Shown here in pieces: positions 26,601-40,938 of a DNA stretch of 64,000 nucleotides (the stretch's first letter is position 1; every line of letters starts with the position of its first letter). The translations under genes were made by a program, and so were the position numbers. The DNA is from Owenia fusiformis (lineage: Eukaryota): NCBI GenBank assembly GCA_903813345.2, contig CAIIXF020000001.1, positions 42,594,001 through 42,658,000 of the forward strand. Reading direction: 5' to 3'. The notes beneath the pieces are model-generated. The model ran no database searches and had not been told where the DNA came from. It saw only the letters and a list, made by a program, of their open reading frames with translations.

Positions 26601-29600
26601 TGCGATGGTTTCATTGACATATAATCTTATTTATATATTTCTATTTTCACCTTACTATATAATACCCAGATATTAAAGAAAATAACATTCATTCTTTCGA
26701 AGTATGTTAAAAATTGAATCGGCATTCTGTTCCTGTTAGTCACGTGATCAAAGAATGTCTTCAATCTATCAGTAATAATGATGATATGACGTGACGTACG
26801 CCAGTCAAAGGCTAATAAAATAGAGGTGTATTTCATGAAGTTTGTCAACATTACAAGCAATATATACAGTAAAACTTGCAAACAAGGAACGCTCTCCAGA
26901 CTTGCCAATGATGTTCCTTGTAGACAGGTGTTCCCCACAGAGAGGCTTTCAATTTTAACCAACTTCTAAAAACAAATTGCCGAATAAGCATTTAATTAAA
27001 GTAGATGTTGAATTACTGATGTGATGTCCAGAGATTAGAACTGACATTCAGGTGTCATAAACCTCATTTTATGGCATTTAAATCTGCAAGTTTAGATTTA
27101 AAGAAAAGCTCAACATGACATAAATATAGACTTATAGTGTGACCGATTTTCCATGTTCCTTGTGAATAGGTGAATTTTCAAAATTTGCCATGAAACACCC
27201 TTCTTTGTTCCTAGTAGATAGTACTGTTGTCCCTTAAAGAGACAGGACGGAACCCATGATATGAGCCGAAAATAAACTGAAACAATATTGTTCGCTATTC
27301 TGATTCTGAATGTGTTTAGGCATTCCCATACTCATCGAAAATACACAAGCTTTCTTGATGCGTAATAAAAATGCCCACTGCACTAAAGACTGTAATAACC
27401 AGCTAATTCAATATCCAACTTTTAACTTTTGGTTTATAGATTCTTGATTAGCCTGTTCAGAATTCTCGTTTTACATTCAACAAGCGTATCTGGCCTCTAC
27501 TTCTTGATTAGAACAATTATGATCAGGAATCATAACCGTAATAATACAATTTAAGTGCTCTTATATCCGACCAAATATTCCAATAACACGATATTCATTG
27601 CTACTTTAATCCTGTGTAAGATATAATTGAATCCTGTAAGATCAATAGGAAGGTATTTAAGATATTGAAAGATATCCGGGTTCAATGTAACCGGAACTCT
27701 CGTTCCAAAGGGTCGCCCAAAGCAATCAGGCATTTTTTGTGGTCATTTATTTATGTTATAAATAAAGATGGAAATGTTGTAAAAGCTAGCTGTCTCAGAA
27801 AAAACATACAGACTTTAGTTCTTATATTGACTTTGTAAATATAATTTTCTCTTCTTTTGTCTTAGCCTTTGTCTTATAGTCTTTTGTCTTTAGTTGATTC
27901 TCCGTCTTATTGCATTGAAGGTATACTGGTATAGATCGTTCTTTTCAATTCAATAATATTATTCTAAACTATAATACGTTAGGTACCCTTATCAGGGATT
28001 TCTATCGTTTTGAAGCGTTATTTACTAAATTTTACTGCATCTCAAGGGCAATTTTGGCCATAATTAATGTACTTGACGTCAGGAAGAATTGTCCTAAGAG
28101 GAGATTTGTCATTAGCAGATTGAAGTCCAATAATAAGCGATTGCGTACCATCAAAACCATGTGGTTGAAGTTATATCCAATTTATTTGGATCTATTATTA
28201 GTATCAAGAAGAAAATGCGATCTGATTTCTGTCATATTCAGTTCAACATATTTTCTTTTAATGATTTATCAATCGGTGAGGTCGGGAACCAGTAGATTGA
28301 GGCTAGGGCAGAGTTAACATTGTTAATTCAATTGCTTGAGAATAGATGGAGATGCAGTCATATAAGAATAAGATTTGATATTATTCTGAAATTATTTCCC
28401 CAGTTTTTCGACAAAATCCTCCAATTGACACACGAGCATTCGTATATACTCAGTCAGTGTCTAATTACAGTTGTTTGATATAGAATAACATAAGTAAATA
28501 TGAAGAAACAATATATGAGCACTTTTTACAATTATAGAAGTTGTTTGGAGAGTACATGAATTGTATAACCAGTAAGAGGAGACATTGAACATACCATTGC
28601 CTTCTTTGTAGGCGATTATAGGTCATTCCAGGTTTTCATATTTGAACTGACATATACTTTATCTGCTTCAGTATATTTAGATTCAAGATCTTCCTATAGC
28701 AGAATTATACCTCTACTTAAATCAAAGTTCCTAATATCGAAGGTTGTTAAACGAAACATACAATCTTCAATGCAATCATTCTCTTCTCACAAGAATATGG
28801 AATATGATCGAATCGAAAATGACAATAATTATAACCTAGGAACATTGATTAATGGACAAGGAAGCGATTATTCAAAGTTTCATATGCTTTTCTTAGAGCT
28901 ATCTCCTATGTTGTTTTTCATCTTTGTCATCGTAATTATCTTGACAGGTCTAGCGGGATGATGTGAAAGAAGTTAACAGCTAACCTTTTTGAGAAAATAT
29001 GGTTAGTTCCCTGATGATTTGGCTGTGTATTGTTTGAATTCGATGCCGATAATTACCAATCGCCTACATTAGAAATGCCATGATCGCCATTGATATCTTA
29101 GTTTATTTTATATCACTGTCTTCGATTAGTACTGATTCGAACACGACTGTATCACGCCTTCTATAAACTGCGAACAAAGTCATTATTTCACCCGGTATTT
29201 ATTCGTCGATACAAAACCTGGTCTGTACTAAGTGTTTCGTTCAATGCTAAACGCTAAACCTGAAGTAGGAAATGAAGTGATGATTTTGCAAAGTTTTGGT
29301 GCGTTTTCATATTGGAATCCTAATATAGACCTCAGACCAGGTATCATATCGAGTTATAAATACCTTAGGGCTAGGCACAAACGCTTACAAACCTCTCACT
29401 CCCTTTGGTCGTTTGGGGTACAGAAAACCTTTGTGCCTAGTCCTGCGGTATTACTTTGTCGATATAATACATGCTCTTTGGTCTTAAAGTAAAGTCGTTT
29501 TGTTATGTAATTGTAATGAGTGCAGTATGAAGTAAATTTGCACTTACTAATTCTAAAGACATGTCGCAAAGTTTCTTTAGTTTTTGGCAATTCTTTGATT

Positions 29601-31002
29601 GTTATGGTATCAACAAAGAAGCAAACAAATTTTCCCCGGTTCTTCTCTGCCATCAATAATATTTAAAAAAAATTAACCATATCTTTATAAGTTTTTAGAA
29701 ATAATTTTTATGTCTCTCCTACCCCAAGATTTTTCCATTTCGCGGTAATTTTTAGTCATTTTTCCATTTTAATATGCATCTAATTTACAAATTTGAGAAT
29801 ATATATGCATCAAAATATTTCACAATTATTTGAAGTATGTAACAAACAAGAGGGTAAGAGTAAAAGTATTTGAAGTTAATTTTTTGACAAAAAAATTCTG
29901 TCATCTCGGGTGGCTTTATTTATTTTAAAATATCTTTCATAAATCAGTAATTATAAAGAGCCAAAAATGTGATCCTGTAATATTTTGATTGTGTACCAGT
30001 AGAAACATATGGCATCTATTATCAGAAGCAAAATAAACCATGAAAATATGTCAATGCTGCAACTTATGGCTCAAATACACTTATTTTCTACACGCGATAT
30101 TACGTTTTCTCAGCTAATACTCAACCAATATCCAAAATTGTTACACTATATTATAGCCAGGGATATGTCCTAGACTCCTATGAGGTCGTTTTAAAAAATG
30201 GATTTGCCTCCCATTCCACCATTTTTCGATATTTCACTTCGTCAAATTTTAGACTAAATTACCAATCTCTGGATCTAGAAAAGGTATTTACCTACGATTT
30301 TTGTCCTAAAAAGGTAGATACTATGTACATCTATCACATTGAGTACCCTTTTGTGGCTAAAAAAACATAATACAGTATGTTGTTTTTGATTGATAGAGTA
30401 AGAAAATCGCGAAAAAAACTCACCCCTATGTTACTTTGACCTACTTTGACCCCATTTGACCTACGTTTTTCAAGATTTTAATCCAGCTTCCTCGAGAGTT
30501 TTTAATGACCTAGAATGTGGTACCTTACTTTTTACTATACCTCTTCAACTTCAACGCCAGGGGGATCATCTGACCCCCCCCCCCCCCCATCCCCTGTCCA
30601 TTGGTGTTATGAAAAATACGTTGTACACATTAGGGTTAAACCAGAAGCAGTGATTAAGGCTGAGACTGAGGCTTGAATCTGAAAAACGAAACAATATTTG
30701 GAATCCACATTAAAATACCTTTCATTAGAGTAAAATAAAATGATACTTCAGAGAGATCTGAAAATTCAAGAAAATTCTTTACGGCTGTACGTACATTAGC
30801 TTCTGGGGGTCAGTCCGAAAGATAGAAACAATATGAGAAAATACCTATTTTCTGACTACAAAGGCAAAATTTCTATTACTTTGGTGGGAAATGTCAAAAT
30901 AAAAATTTCAAGCATCTGGAAATTGATACAATATTATGATTTGCAATCTACACTAAAATTCCTTTTATTTGAGTAAAATAAAATCATACTTCAGAGAAAT
31001 CT

Positions 31003-31426
31003 AACAAGTAACGAATTAGAATTTCGTTTTCTTGACCCCATACACCGCCCCTTGCTGGGGACAAACTGAAAAACACAGGATACATATATTGTGATTAGAC
31101 TACCAAAATCTCAAGCAATACTATTTATTACTTTGATTGAAAATAAAAAAAAAAAAGATTTTCGTAAAAAATTCCACCATTTTTAAAGCAACGGCAATAT
31201 TGAGGAAAATCCGTCGAATAATATTCGAGTTGTCTTCCGGACAGACGGGCGAACGGACGGGGCTTCGTTAGTTGGGATAATAAAGCAAAATGAAGTACTA
31301 TCCGAACCGCATTAGATCTCAAATTTAGCCAACAGGTTGATGAATTGAATCTGCGAAATCTGATTGCCATTTGCCAACTTCTATTAATTTGTTTGATAGT
31401 AGGACTGATTTCCTCGGGGTCCTAAT
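31003..31426 (-). mobile_element. Helentron-associated non-autonomous element (HINE/DINE-1-like)
   Basis: On the minus strand: 5' attaggacccc...gtccta sub-TIR plus short inverted repeat; a ccgt/ctgt microsatellite (~31240-31260); 3' ggggtc followed by the hairpin aacgaaattctaattcgtt and acttgtt. Confidence 0.55.
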
Positions 31427-32804
31427 CTTGTTTATATTCGCTACGCATATCTGCTTTATGTTTACAGAATCCGAGTATATTATTAAGGAAATAAGGTGTA
31501 ACATTGCTGAATGGATGACGATGACTGTTTGAAGAAAATGTGAAAGACATACGCACGTAGCTTTACGTTAGGAAACTGAGCAATATTATGAGTCGAAAAA
31601 CAACACGTCGTGTCTATTTAAGATGATTAAAGCACGTCAATAAATGTTAACCTTATCCAGATATTTACGACACTGATGTATTTTGAAATGAAAGGATTTG
31701 TTTTTAATGTGTTTTCCAATTGCTTGATTCTCACATACACTCCCCTCCATAAGTTAGGTAACCGGAAGTACCCTTTTTATCAAACCCTGTATATGTTAGA
31801 CGATATGAAAAAAAATCAAAGAAATGAATTTCCGAATTCTCTATTCACCCTTAATAGGGTATAAGAGTACAAAAGATAAACTTAACTAATACAGTAACAA
31901 ACATTAAGATAATATTATAAATGTACATTTTTTGCCCAGCCTCGATTAAAAAAATTATAGTATATTTTTGTTTGAATTAAGGAACAAAATTAAGATTGAA
32001 ACAGTGTCAGGCTTTGATATGCTAACAATGAAAACTTCCGGGTGACGTTTAAAGGGGATAATAAAACCATGAAAACCATATTTGGGCTACCGCTTATGTT
32101 ATGGTGGAAGTCGTGCAATTATTAGTTCATAACACTATACCATGTTGGTACATTGATAAAGGGAGGGAGTGTAAGGCATTGTTTCTTTGTAGACTTATAA
32201 CTGTTTGGGATATTCGGAATTTGTTTCTGGTTTATTTTTCTATTTTTTTAGTACTGTGTGGTAGTTTTCCCCTTAATAAATTTGCTCACTAAATATATTT
32301 TTATGAGTGTTAAACTATTTTTAATGTCAGAATACTTTGTTGATTAACTTGATTAACGTTTCCGCATTGAACGTAATGATTTCTGTAATGATACTAGATA
32401 CAAGGAGAAATAATCTTGATTTACTTCCGATCATTAAATATTCAAAGTCTAGTTAAAGGGATATCATATTTGAACTCTACATGTATAATTGCATCTAGAA
32501 TGTGGTTTAAAAAAGTATTTATACCAATTTTGAATATTTAATCTTTGAAAGTGAAATATCTTTTCATGTGTTGGGCAGATAATGTTTTCTTTTACTGGAC
32601 ATATTTTCGTTATACACATAAGAATTGTATGAAAATTGATCCACTTTAATAATATTCTAGTATAACATGATAATATTCAATTCAAGTTTAAGGGAACTTT
32701 CTTAACCTCCCGTGTTAATTAACCCGATTCGGCCATCTGATGGTGAAACTGCAACTACCAACTCGCATCTTGGTAGTTCGTTATATGCCCTTGAGATCAA
32801 CGGA

Positions 32805-33492
32805 CACGAAGACATGATCTTCGTTTCAGCATGGCCGAACTTCCGGTAAAAGAATTTGGTAAGAATTTTTTTTCTTGATTTTGTCCACCGTTAGCTAGTA
32901 TCAAATTTCAACTTAGTATTTGGCCAGTAGATTTAGAGAGTGCGTTGGCTCCAGTTTTAAGATATAATTATTTCGATATTCACAAATTAGTTCCCCTAGG
33001 AAACGAAGAGTTTTCCGTTTTATAACAATGATACGAAGACGTGTTTTATTTGCAACGAAGACATTCTTTATTATTAGTGCATATATGATGTCAACGTAGT
33101 AATTAATGCCTGGTCACATTTGCACTGGAAAACACATTGTGTCTTGGAGAGATGTAACTTTTTTTGACTGCGATATGCATTTATTTGGTATTTCAGATAA
33201 CATTGAAATGTGTTGTCTTCAATTCATGCTCCAGAAACTTATATTTTGTAATGTCCTTGCTTCACTGAGAAACTGTATTCGTTTCCTTGGCGAGGGAATT
33301 GTTTTGTTATTATCCATACAATAACTGTGTGTTTTCTTAGATATAACCACATTGCGAAGCCGGAACCTATGCAATATATATGGGTCAAAATTTAGTTGAA
33401 ATTTGAAGGACAAAGGTAATAAAATCGAGAAAACAAAAATTATTATCAACTGGAAGTCTGGCCATGCTGAAACGAAGACATTATGCCTCCGT
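32805..33492. mobile_element. MITE-like element with ~45-bp imperfect TIRs
   Basis: cttcgtttcagcatggccgaacttcc (~32818) is inverted relative to ggaagtctggccatgctgaaacgaag (~33452). TSD not resolved. Confidence 0.55.
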
Positions 33493-36198
33493 TTCTAGTT
33501 GCTACACATTGGAAATTCAAAACACGGTACATGGGATTGCATTATAGTAATTGTTTCCTATGTCTTTACTTCGGGTGTTTCTCTGTCTTAGTTGATGGTG
33601 TTTATTCGATCTTTTATGCATTCGGATTCATTTTTTATTAAAACGTCTTCTTGCGCACTCTGATTTGAAACCCTAAACTTAACAAGTTCATTTTTCATTT
33701 TAACAGGGTAATTAAGTTGATTTGAGAATTAATACTCCCTCACATAATTTAAATTACAAATAAAACAGAATAGGATACCTTTGCAAGTCGGTTAACCTCT
33801 TCAAAGAATTATGTTGCTTTTGTTCTTCGTTTGTCTTCATCACTATCTAATCTTATGTCTTTAGAGATTTGGTGCCTAGATTAACGAGGGGAACCTTTTT
33901 CCGTTCTTGAATTCGTTATAAGTCACTGATCTGAATGACTATTGTAGAACATCTAGCTGAGTGCATGCAAAGATTTCCATAATGCAAAAAGAACGCTCTG
34001 TTATGTTGACTATTATAGCCAATTTTGGTGTTTCAAATCAAAATTATTAAAGCATATATTTTGAGAATAGTTTTAATATTGCAAATTGTGTAGTTATACG
34101 AACTAAATGATGGACCATGTTTTTGGCAAGTACCAATTTCTATAGTAACAACATATGGACGACAAGAGGATGGAAAATCTCAGAGCTCAGAGACATCATA
34201 ATTACATAATATCTTGCTTGTGCGAATTTCCACCATGATACGTGAAATAACAAGCAATATATTTGGTAGACACGCCAGATATTAACATCATCGTTTTCAC
34301 AAATCTATGAATCCAGCATTTTGTTTTTGTAAGCTCCTGTGACATTTGGTCAATCAGCAATTAGGTTCATCTCTATATTTTAAAGGCCGGTTTTAAAGTT
34401 GCTAGCAACTCCCATTAAAATATAAGGTTACATCCACACTTTAACATGGTACAGAAAGGCAGGATTAGTGAGTTTAATTAACAGCATTGCTTAATACTTG
34501 ATTTTGATTGGCTAAGCTTGAGGACTTTTAAATTTGAAAAATGTTATTTCTGTTTTTAAATGTCTTATCACAACCTAACAAAATGATGAAGTTAAAATCT
34601 AACTGCAGAATATGAGCATCAAAACATTTAAATATGTACATAGCAAAACTTATTGGAAGCAATACATTTTATCAATCAATATGAAAGAGCGAGGGAAAGT
34701 ATCGCAACAGATTTTTGACAGTAAATAATTTTTTTCTAGTAGTTTCTGGCTGTACAAAAATGAATGCATATGAAAGGCCAATGTATAATCTTTAAGAAAA
34801 ATTCAAAGAATGGTTTCAAGATCAATTGGATTATCTCATAAGCCATGTTTAATCCACCCATCAACAAGCTTTTTTCAAAATACAATTGTCATTTTCACCA
34901 TCGTCCCTCATTTTTTTTTACAATTTTCATGCAAAGTTACATTGTACTTGAACACATGTTTCATCACTTAAAATATATAAGGAACTCCTCGTGGATTAGG
35001 ATTATGATAATCCAATATAAGGGGATCCAATGGGGATCTAAAAGCTATGCTTTTAGTACAGCACACTCATATAAGATGTCATTAGTGTGCCATAAAGTTA
35101 GTTCAAAATGTTTTCATAAATGAATGGTTGGACTTGTTTGATCCCCTGCTGTTTGATCCCCTGTTTAATCAATGGAGCATAACCGCAGCATTTCCCCAAA
35201 AATTCTGAATACCTGTCAAGTTGACTGTTTAATGTTTGAGTGCAGTTAAACCTGTGTGTGTGTGTGTAAGTTGCTTTGTTTGTTTGTTTATATCCATCTG
35301 TACTAGGTGCTTTGATGCCACCTTTGTTTATTCTCTGGTGCTTGTTTTTCACACTGTGCTATCACTTGTAAGTTTTACACTGATGGTTTGTAGAAGTCTC
35401 TTTTTTTTATTATTTATAAGTTGCTAAAAAATTCTAAATACCTCTCTTTATGATAATTTCTATGATGCCTAATTATAGCATTTACTTTGAACAGGTTTTC
35501 TGTATCTTGTTTATCAGTAATGATTCACGAGGTACAGTGCTATTAAAATCATAAATACAGTACAATTTAGTACATCATACCTTTGCCAATAGTTTTAGTA
35601 AGACAAATATTTTGATCCAGCTTCTGAAAAAACATTGAACATATATGATGATGTTTTATAACACACTTCCTTATTTGAGTTTATCTCCAGATTGATTATT
35701 CAAATAATGAAATGAAGGATGATATGCTAAGAATAATTTTTGCATATTCATCAATTCAAGAAATGTTACCCTAAGAAAATGTTATGAGTAACATACACTC
35801 TTACCTTAATGTTAACATTAGGGAGATTAAGCTTGCATATAAAATCGAAACGCCAACCTATGACCAATCGCCCATACAAATGCATCGCTAAATATTTTCC
35901 ATTGACATTTAGGTTGTGAAAAACATTGCAAGCTTAAAGTCCCTATTGAGAGTCTCTGAAAACCACAATCAATACCATTGAGTGTGTGGTGTATACTACC
36001 TTTATCATTGTTTCTAAGATTTACAATAACATCTTTTTAGCAAAATGTCCGATTTTCTTCCATATTAATGTGAACAAATATAAACAAACATAGAATGATT
36101 CTATTGGTTGAGTCAACAATTTCAGTTATTAGGGAGGTTAAGATCGCACTATTTTGATGAACGTACACATGGAATGTGTAAACTTATGGTCCCCTATT

Positions 36199-36995
36199 CA
36201 CGGTGTTATAGCATGACGGTTACGTCAAGGCGATTTGCAAAATTTTGCGGTAACGATAACAAAAAATGGCGGATGGGAAAGGCAGCATGTCCTCTTTCTC
36301 GCCTGTAGGAAATATTCACAGATAAGATTTCCTTTTAAACTAGTTCCATTCGGTGACGTATATATGGTTGGTTATAAAGACTGGGTCAAATCTGCCAGGT
36401 GGTCTACAAGAAACAGAATATAATCTGTAAACCTACCGACTGAGATATCAAAGTTTATAATATTTGGTCCATTCTCGTGTTGTCTCAGTACATGAGCCAC
36501 TCAAAATATTAACTGTAAGTATAAGTAAACTGTGTATAACTACTGCAAATTCAAATACATTATTATGGCTTGAGTAAAACATAGGTGGTTTCCAATGCTC
36601 AATTGGCTTTGTATGATCGTATGTAGGTTACATCTATATACCACAAGGTTTTTAGGCAATGTAGACCATGCCCTAACAACAAAAACAAAAATAAACAAAT
36701 TACTAAATTTTTGTGTAGTTTTGAATTTCAAACTCGACAGTTTTTCTCTTATTTCATGTTATCCCCGGGCATCAATTTGCAAAGGCTACGTTCAAAATAT
36801 ACATTACTGAAAGTATCACCGAATGCAATTTTTACATAAATCGTTCATCCTTTCATTGATACACAGAAATAGAAAATAATGCGCCAACCTTAGTTTTCTC
36901 TTCCATCGCGGCCATTCAAAATTGGATAAATTAGTGAACATAGCTGTCCAACCTCGTTTTCAGAGGTGGCGTAACCGTCATGCTATAACACCGTG
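36199..36995. mobile_element. Transib/RAG-like superfamily MITE (797 bp)
   Basis: 29-bp TIR CACGGTGTTATAGCATGACGGTTACG(T/C)CA at both ends. Perfect 5-bp TSD CTATT at 36194-98 and 36996-37000. Confidence 0.85.
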
Positions 36996-38066
36996 CTATT
37001 GACTATTTTCACATCACTGGCCTCTTTTTGTTTCCTGATTGATATAATGCCAATTGATGTAATGGTCCCCAGTTAAACCAGTTGAGAGATGGACAACATT
37101 ACTGGGGGTCATAACAGTACTCGTTCATGTTCAAGTTCTCACACAAGTGTTTTACACAGTCTGTAGCCAGCTTTTACCAAGGGGTAGGAGCAGTTTTACC
37201 AAGGGCAAAGCTTTTGCCTAGGGATGAACTTTTTGACAGTTTTGGCTAAAAAATCATGCGAAGTGCTCAGATTGGTGAGAAACTGCATCATTTTGAAAGA
37301 ATCTCTTGGGGGAGCAGCAGCTCCCTTTATCTCTCCCCCTCTACCTGGCTAATTTTCACATTTTTTATATTTCTACTATTCAAATTGACCAATCCCCATT
37401 CATGTCATTTTAACAGGTCCCTTCATTCCTTTACACTTGTGTTCATTAATCCCTTGTTTTCTAGTCGTATGTGCTTTTATTATTCAGTTTCACTATCTAT
37501 TGTTTTGCCATGCCAGTTTTACATGTTTGCATGCTGAGTTTGTTTTATGTAATGTTTTTTGTTCCTTAAATGGTTTACACATTCACTCAATTGAGTTGAG
37601 GTGTTGCCCCATTACTAGTTAATGTTGCCTAGAGTTTGTGACTGTACATACACAAAGTATTTCAAATATATATTTTAGAAAACATTTTATATTTGATTCC
37701 CACCCAAGGGTCTTCCACTCACCCATTAACATAAACAAAACATGAACTCTAATAAAAATGCCAACAAGACTGCAAGGGAAACTTAATCTATGAATTGGAC
37801 TTTGCCATATCACATGTATTAGTCCCGTGATCAGGGAGGGGGTGGAGGGGGGTTGAGAGACGACCCTCTCCCCTAGGCACATTTTCTGTCAACATCCTGC
37901 AATTTTTCACCACTTTAGTACTTTTCAAGTGATGTTCGGATGATGCTTTCATTTAATTGCTTGCACTGATGGTTTCTCTTGAAAATTCATGCACATAAGG
38001 TGATCTAGTATTTCAACACAGGACCCTGAAAGCGCTATTTGAGCTTGAAGTAGAAGTATTCATAGT

Positions 38067-39713
38067 AGTAGTAATAGTCCGAGTAAATGATAATGCAATT
38101 TTAGGCACCAAATCAGGCACGAACTTTGACCCCAGACGATTACCGAACGTTACGCCTACGTACGCCTACGCCTTACCCACGGGGCCGCATGGAGACTGGA
38201 GACTGGAACCTACAGTTTAGTGACGTCTTTCATGGTTCCGTCCTATAGGACCCGATGATGAAATCTGATGAAATATGGGATTCCCCAACGTTTCTCGATC
38301 GTACCCCAACGTAATACGGGATTCCCAAACGTTTCCCGAACGTTTGACTTCCGTGGATGACTGATTGGTCGCTTGACTTCCCGAGTGAGGTCAGTGTGAA
38401 TTTTCTCGGATGAGAAGCTCTGCTTGGTCAAATACGAATGATACAGTTTCGTAAAAGTAAAACGATTCTCGAACGTTTAGACGATATCCAAATGTCTTTT
38501 TGACGTCAGTGTTCCGTGGATGATTGATACTCTCCGATCGTTCGGTTGACTTTCGGAGACAATTGATAAGATAATAAAACCAAATGACAAATGATTTATC
38601 TGTTACCTATTACCTCTATAAAAAGTGACTATATAGCCTAGATTATAAAATACAAAATGGATAGAGGTTTGGCACTCATTACAATGAATATGGAAATAGA
38701 TAGAAACGTTGTTACTACATATTTGTTCTTTGTTTGCCTAGTATGGGAATACCATCACAGCAAGAAATCTGTATGTCACATATCAACATCCTACCAACGT
38801 TTCTCAAACGTATTCTCCGACGCCGGGTGAAGAGATTTCCTACACCCCCACAGTTCCAACGCCCCCATCCCTGGTCATATAGGACCTACTGGATGATAAT
38901 GTTCAACGTTTCTCGAACGTATTCTCCAATGCTGGATGAAATACGAGATTTCCTACACCCCCACACTTCCGTAACCCCGACAAACTATGGACTTTACTTT
39001 CTACATTCCAAAATTAGGCAATGGAACAAAGTCGTATAAAGCTAGGCATGCAAAATTCTCTGTCATTTTTAAAGACATAATAGAATACTTTTGCTTTGAT
39101 TTTGAATAGGCAAAACGTTTGAAATGCGTTTCAGAGTATTCGCTTCCTCATGTATTCTCTAAACCAACATGAACTATTTGATCATTTTTGACATATATTT
39201 TAAGATTAATTACTCAAATGTAACTATTTATTGCCCAGTTCTCAGTTAAGTCAGTCAACAAAATCGTTAAAATAAGTATATTCTTACAACTAAGGGGCAA
39301 CAATGTGTCATAAAGTTCTAAAAAGGACATTTTATAAAAAATAAAGAATTTTTAAGGAAGTGGCGAGACAATTCTTTCACAGATGACTACTTTAAGATGT
39401 ATTGTTGTTAAGTCTCGACAAAATGGAAGATACTTACTAAACTTCTACAAGCAAAAGTCAGCGTTTCTACGTGAAATGCAGTGAAATCCCTAAAGTGAAA
39501 TGGATATTTCTACATTAAACGACACGGGAAATGACAGCAAGATATTGAAAATATAGATAGTTCTACGTGTACATGTATACACTAAATATTCGTCTTTTGT
39601 TTTTCTTAGCGTAGTACGGGGAATACCATCACAACTGGAAATCCAGAGGTCAAAGTAACCCTCGTAAACATAATACGACAGCCTACGTCACTCAATGTCT
39701 ATCCTGGCTGTTT
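38067..39713 (+). repeat. Left TIR of the Maverick
   Basis: Reverse complement of 43482-45149. Nearly identical up to ~39164 and clearly more diverged thereafter. Confidence 0.92.
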
Positions 39714-39749
39714 ACGGGTTAGATAAATAGTTTCGCCTGTACATATTTT

Positions 39750-40270
39750 ACGATATGAGAATACTTCATTTTGTTTTAACAATTTTTTTCCCTTGCAAAC
39801 ATTTTCAATTTTACATTTCATTTTTCACTTATTTCAGCATATTTAGTCCATATATAGACTTTATGATGTCAGCGCACTACATATGTGTCCAACAAATATT
39901 TTACCTTTGAAAAGATTTTCAATTATATTTTTCATTTATTTCAGCATCCTTAACCCATATAAAGACTATAAGATGTCCATACACTTCATTTTTGTATCAT
40001 AATTTTTTACCATTGCAAAAAGTTTCAATTTTACTTTTCATTTTTCACTTATTTCAGCATCCTTAACCCATATGAATACTATACGATGTCAACACACTTC
40101 ATTTTTGTATAATAAAATTTTACCCTTGCAAATATTTTCAATTTTATTGTTTCATTTTCACTTATTTCAGCATCTTTAGTCGATCTTAAGACCATAAGAT
40201 GTCAGAACACTTCATTTTTGCACAGCAAACTTTTTACCCTTTCAAAAATTTTCAATTGTATTTCTAATTT
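39750..40270. repeat. ~113-bp tandem repeat (~4.5 copies) inside the Maverick
   Basis: An acttcatttt-like anchor recurs at 39763, 39876, 39983, 40096 and 40209. Copies share ttatttcagcat and gatgtc. Confidence 0.85.
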
Positions 40271-40275
40271 TGGAC

Positions 40276-40840
40276 TAGCATGTTCACTATTGTACAATAG
40301 CATGTTCACTATTGTTCAGTAGCATGTCCACTATTATTCTATAGCATGTTCACCATTGTTCAGTAGCATGTTCACTATTATTCAGTAGCATGTTCTCTAT
40401 TGTTCAGTAGCATGCCCACTATTATTCAGTAGCATATTCACCATTGATCAGTAGCATGTTCACTAATGTTCAGTAGCATGTTCACTATTGTTTAGTAGCA
40501 TGTTCACCATTGTTCAGTAGCATGTTCACTAATGTTCAGTAGCATGTTCACTAATGTTCAGTAGCATGTTCACTATTGTTTAATAGCATGTTCACTATTG
40601 TTCAGTAGCATGTTCACTATTGTTCAGTAGCATGTTCACTAATGTTCAGTAGCATGTCCACTTTTATTCAGTAGCATGTTCACCATTGTTCAGTAGCATG
40701 TTCACTAATGTTCGGAAGCATGTTCACTATTGTTTAGTAGCATGTTCACTATTTTTCACTAGTATGCTCACTATTGTTCAGTAGCATGTTCACTTATGGT
40801 CAGTAGCATGTTCACTTATGGTCAGTTGCATGTTCACTAT
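40276..40840. repeat. 22-bp tandem repeat (~25 copies) inside the Maverick
   Basis: Unit tagcatgttcactattgttcag, contiguous, with no spacers. Confidence 0.95.
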
Positions 40841-40938
40841 GTGTGCTACATATTCAGAGATGTTCTCCAAATTGATGTTATTTAATAGTGATACTTTGAA
40901 AATATTAGCATTTAACTATTAGTAATAGAGAAGTCAAC

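Noticed and set aside
29396..30639. Possible DNA-transposon end (…AGGG-TTAA at ~30635) with a transposase-like N-terminal ORF (ELPKTKETLRH)
   Set aside because: No matching second terminus or catalytic motif was found, so the superfamily cannot be assigned.
38243..39039. ORFs within the Maverick TIRs (mirrored at 44138-44973)
   Set aside because: They have non-ATG starts and no recognisable motifs, and the two arms differ by a frameshifting indel. The duplication simply reflects the TIR.
40276..40840. Possible CRISPR array
   Set aside because: The 22-bp units are contiguous with no unique spacers, there are no cas genes, and the context is eukaryotic.
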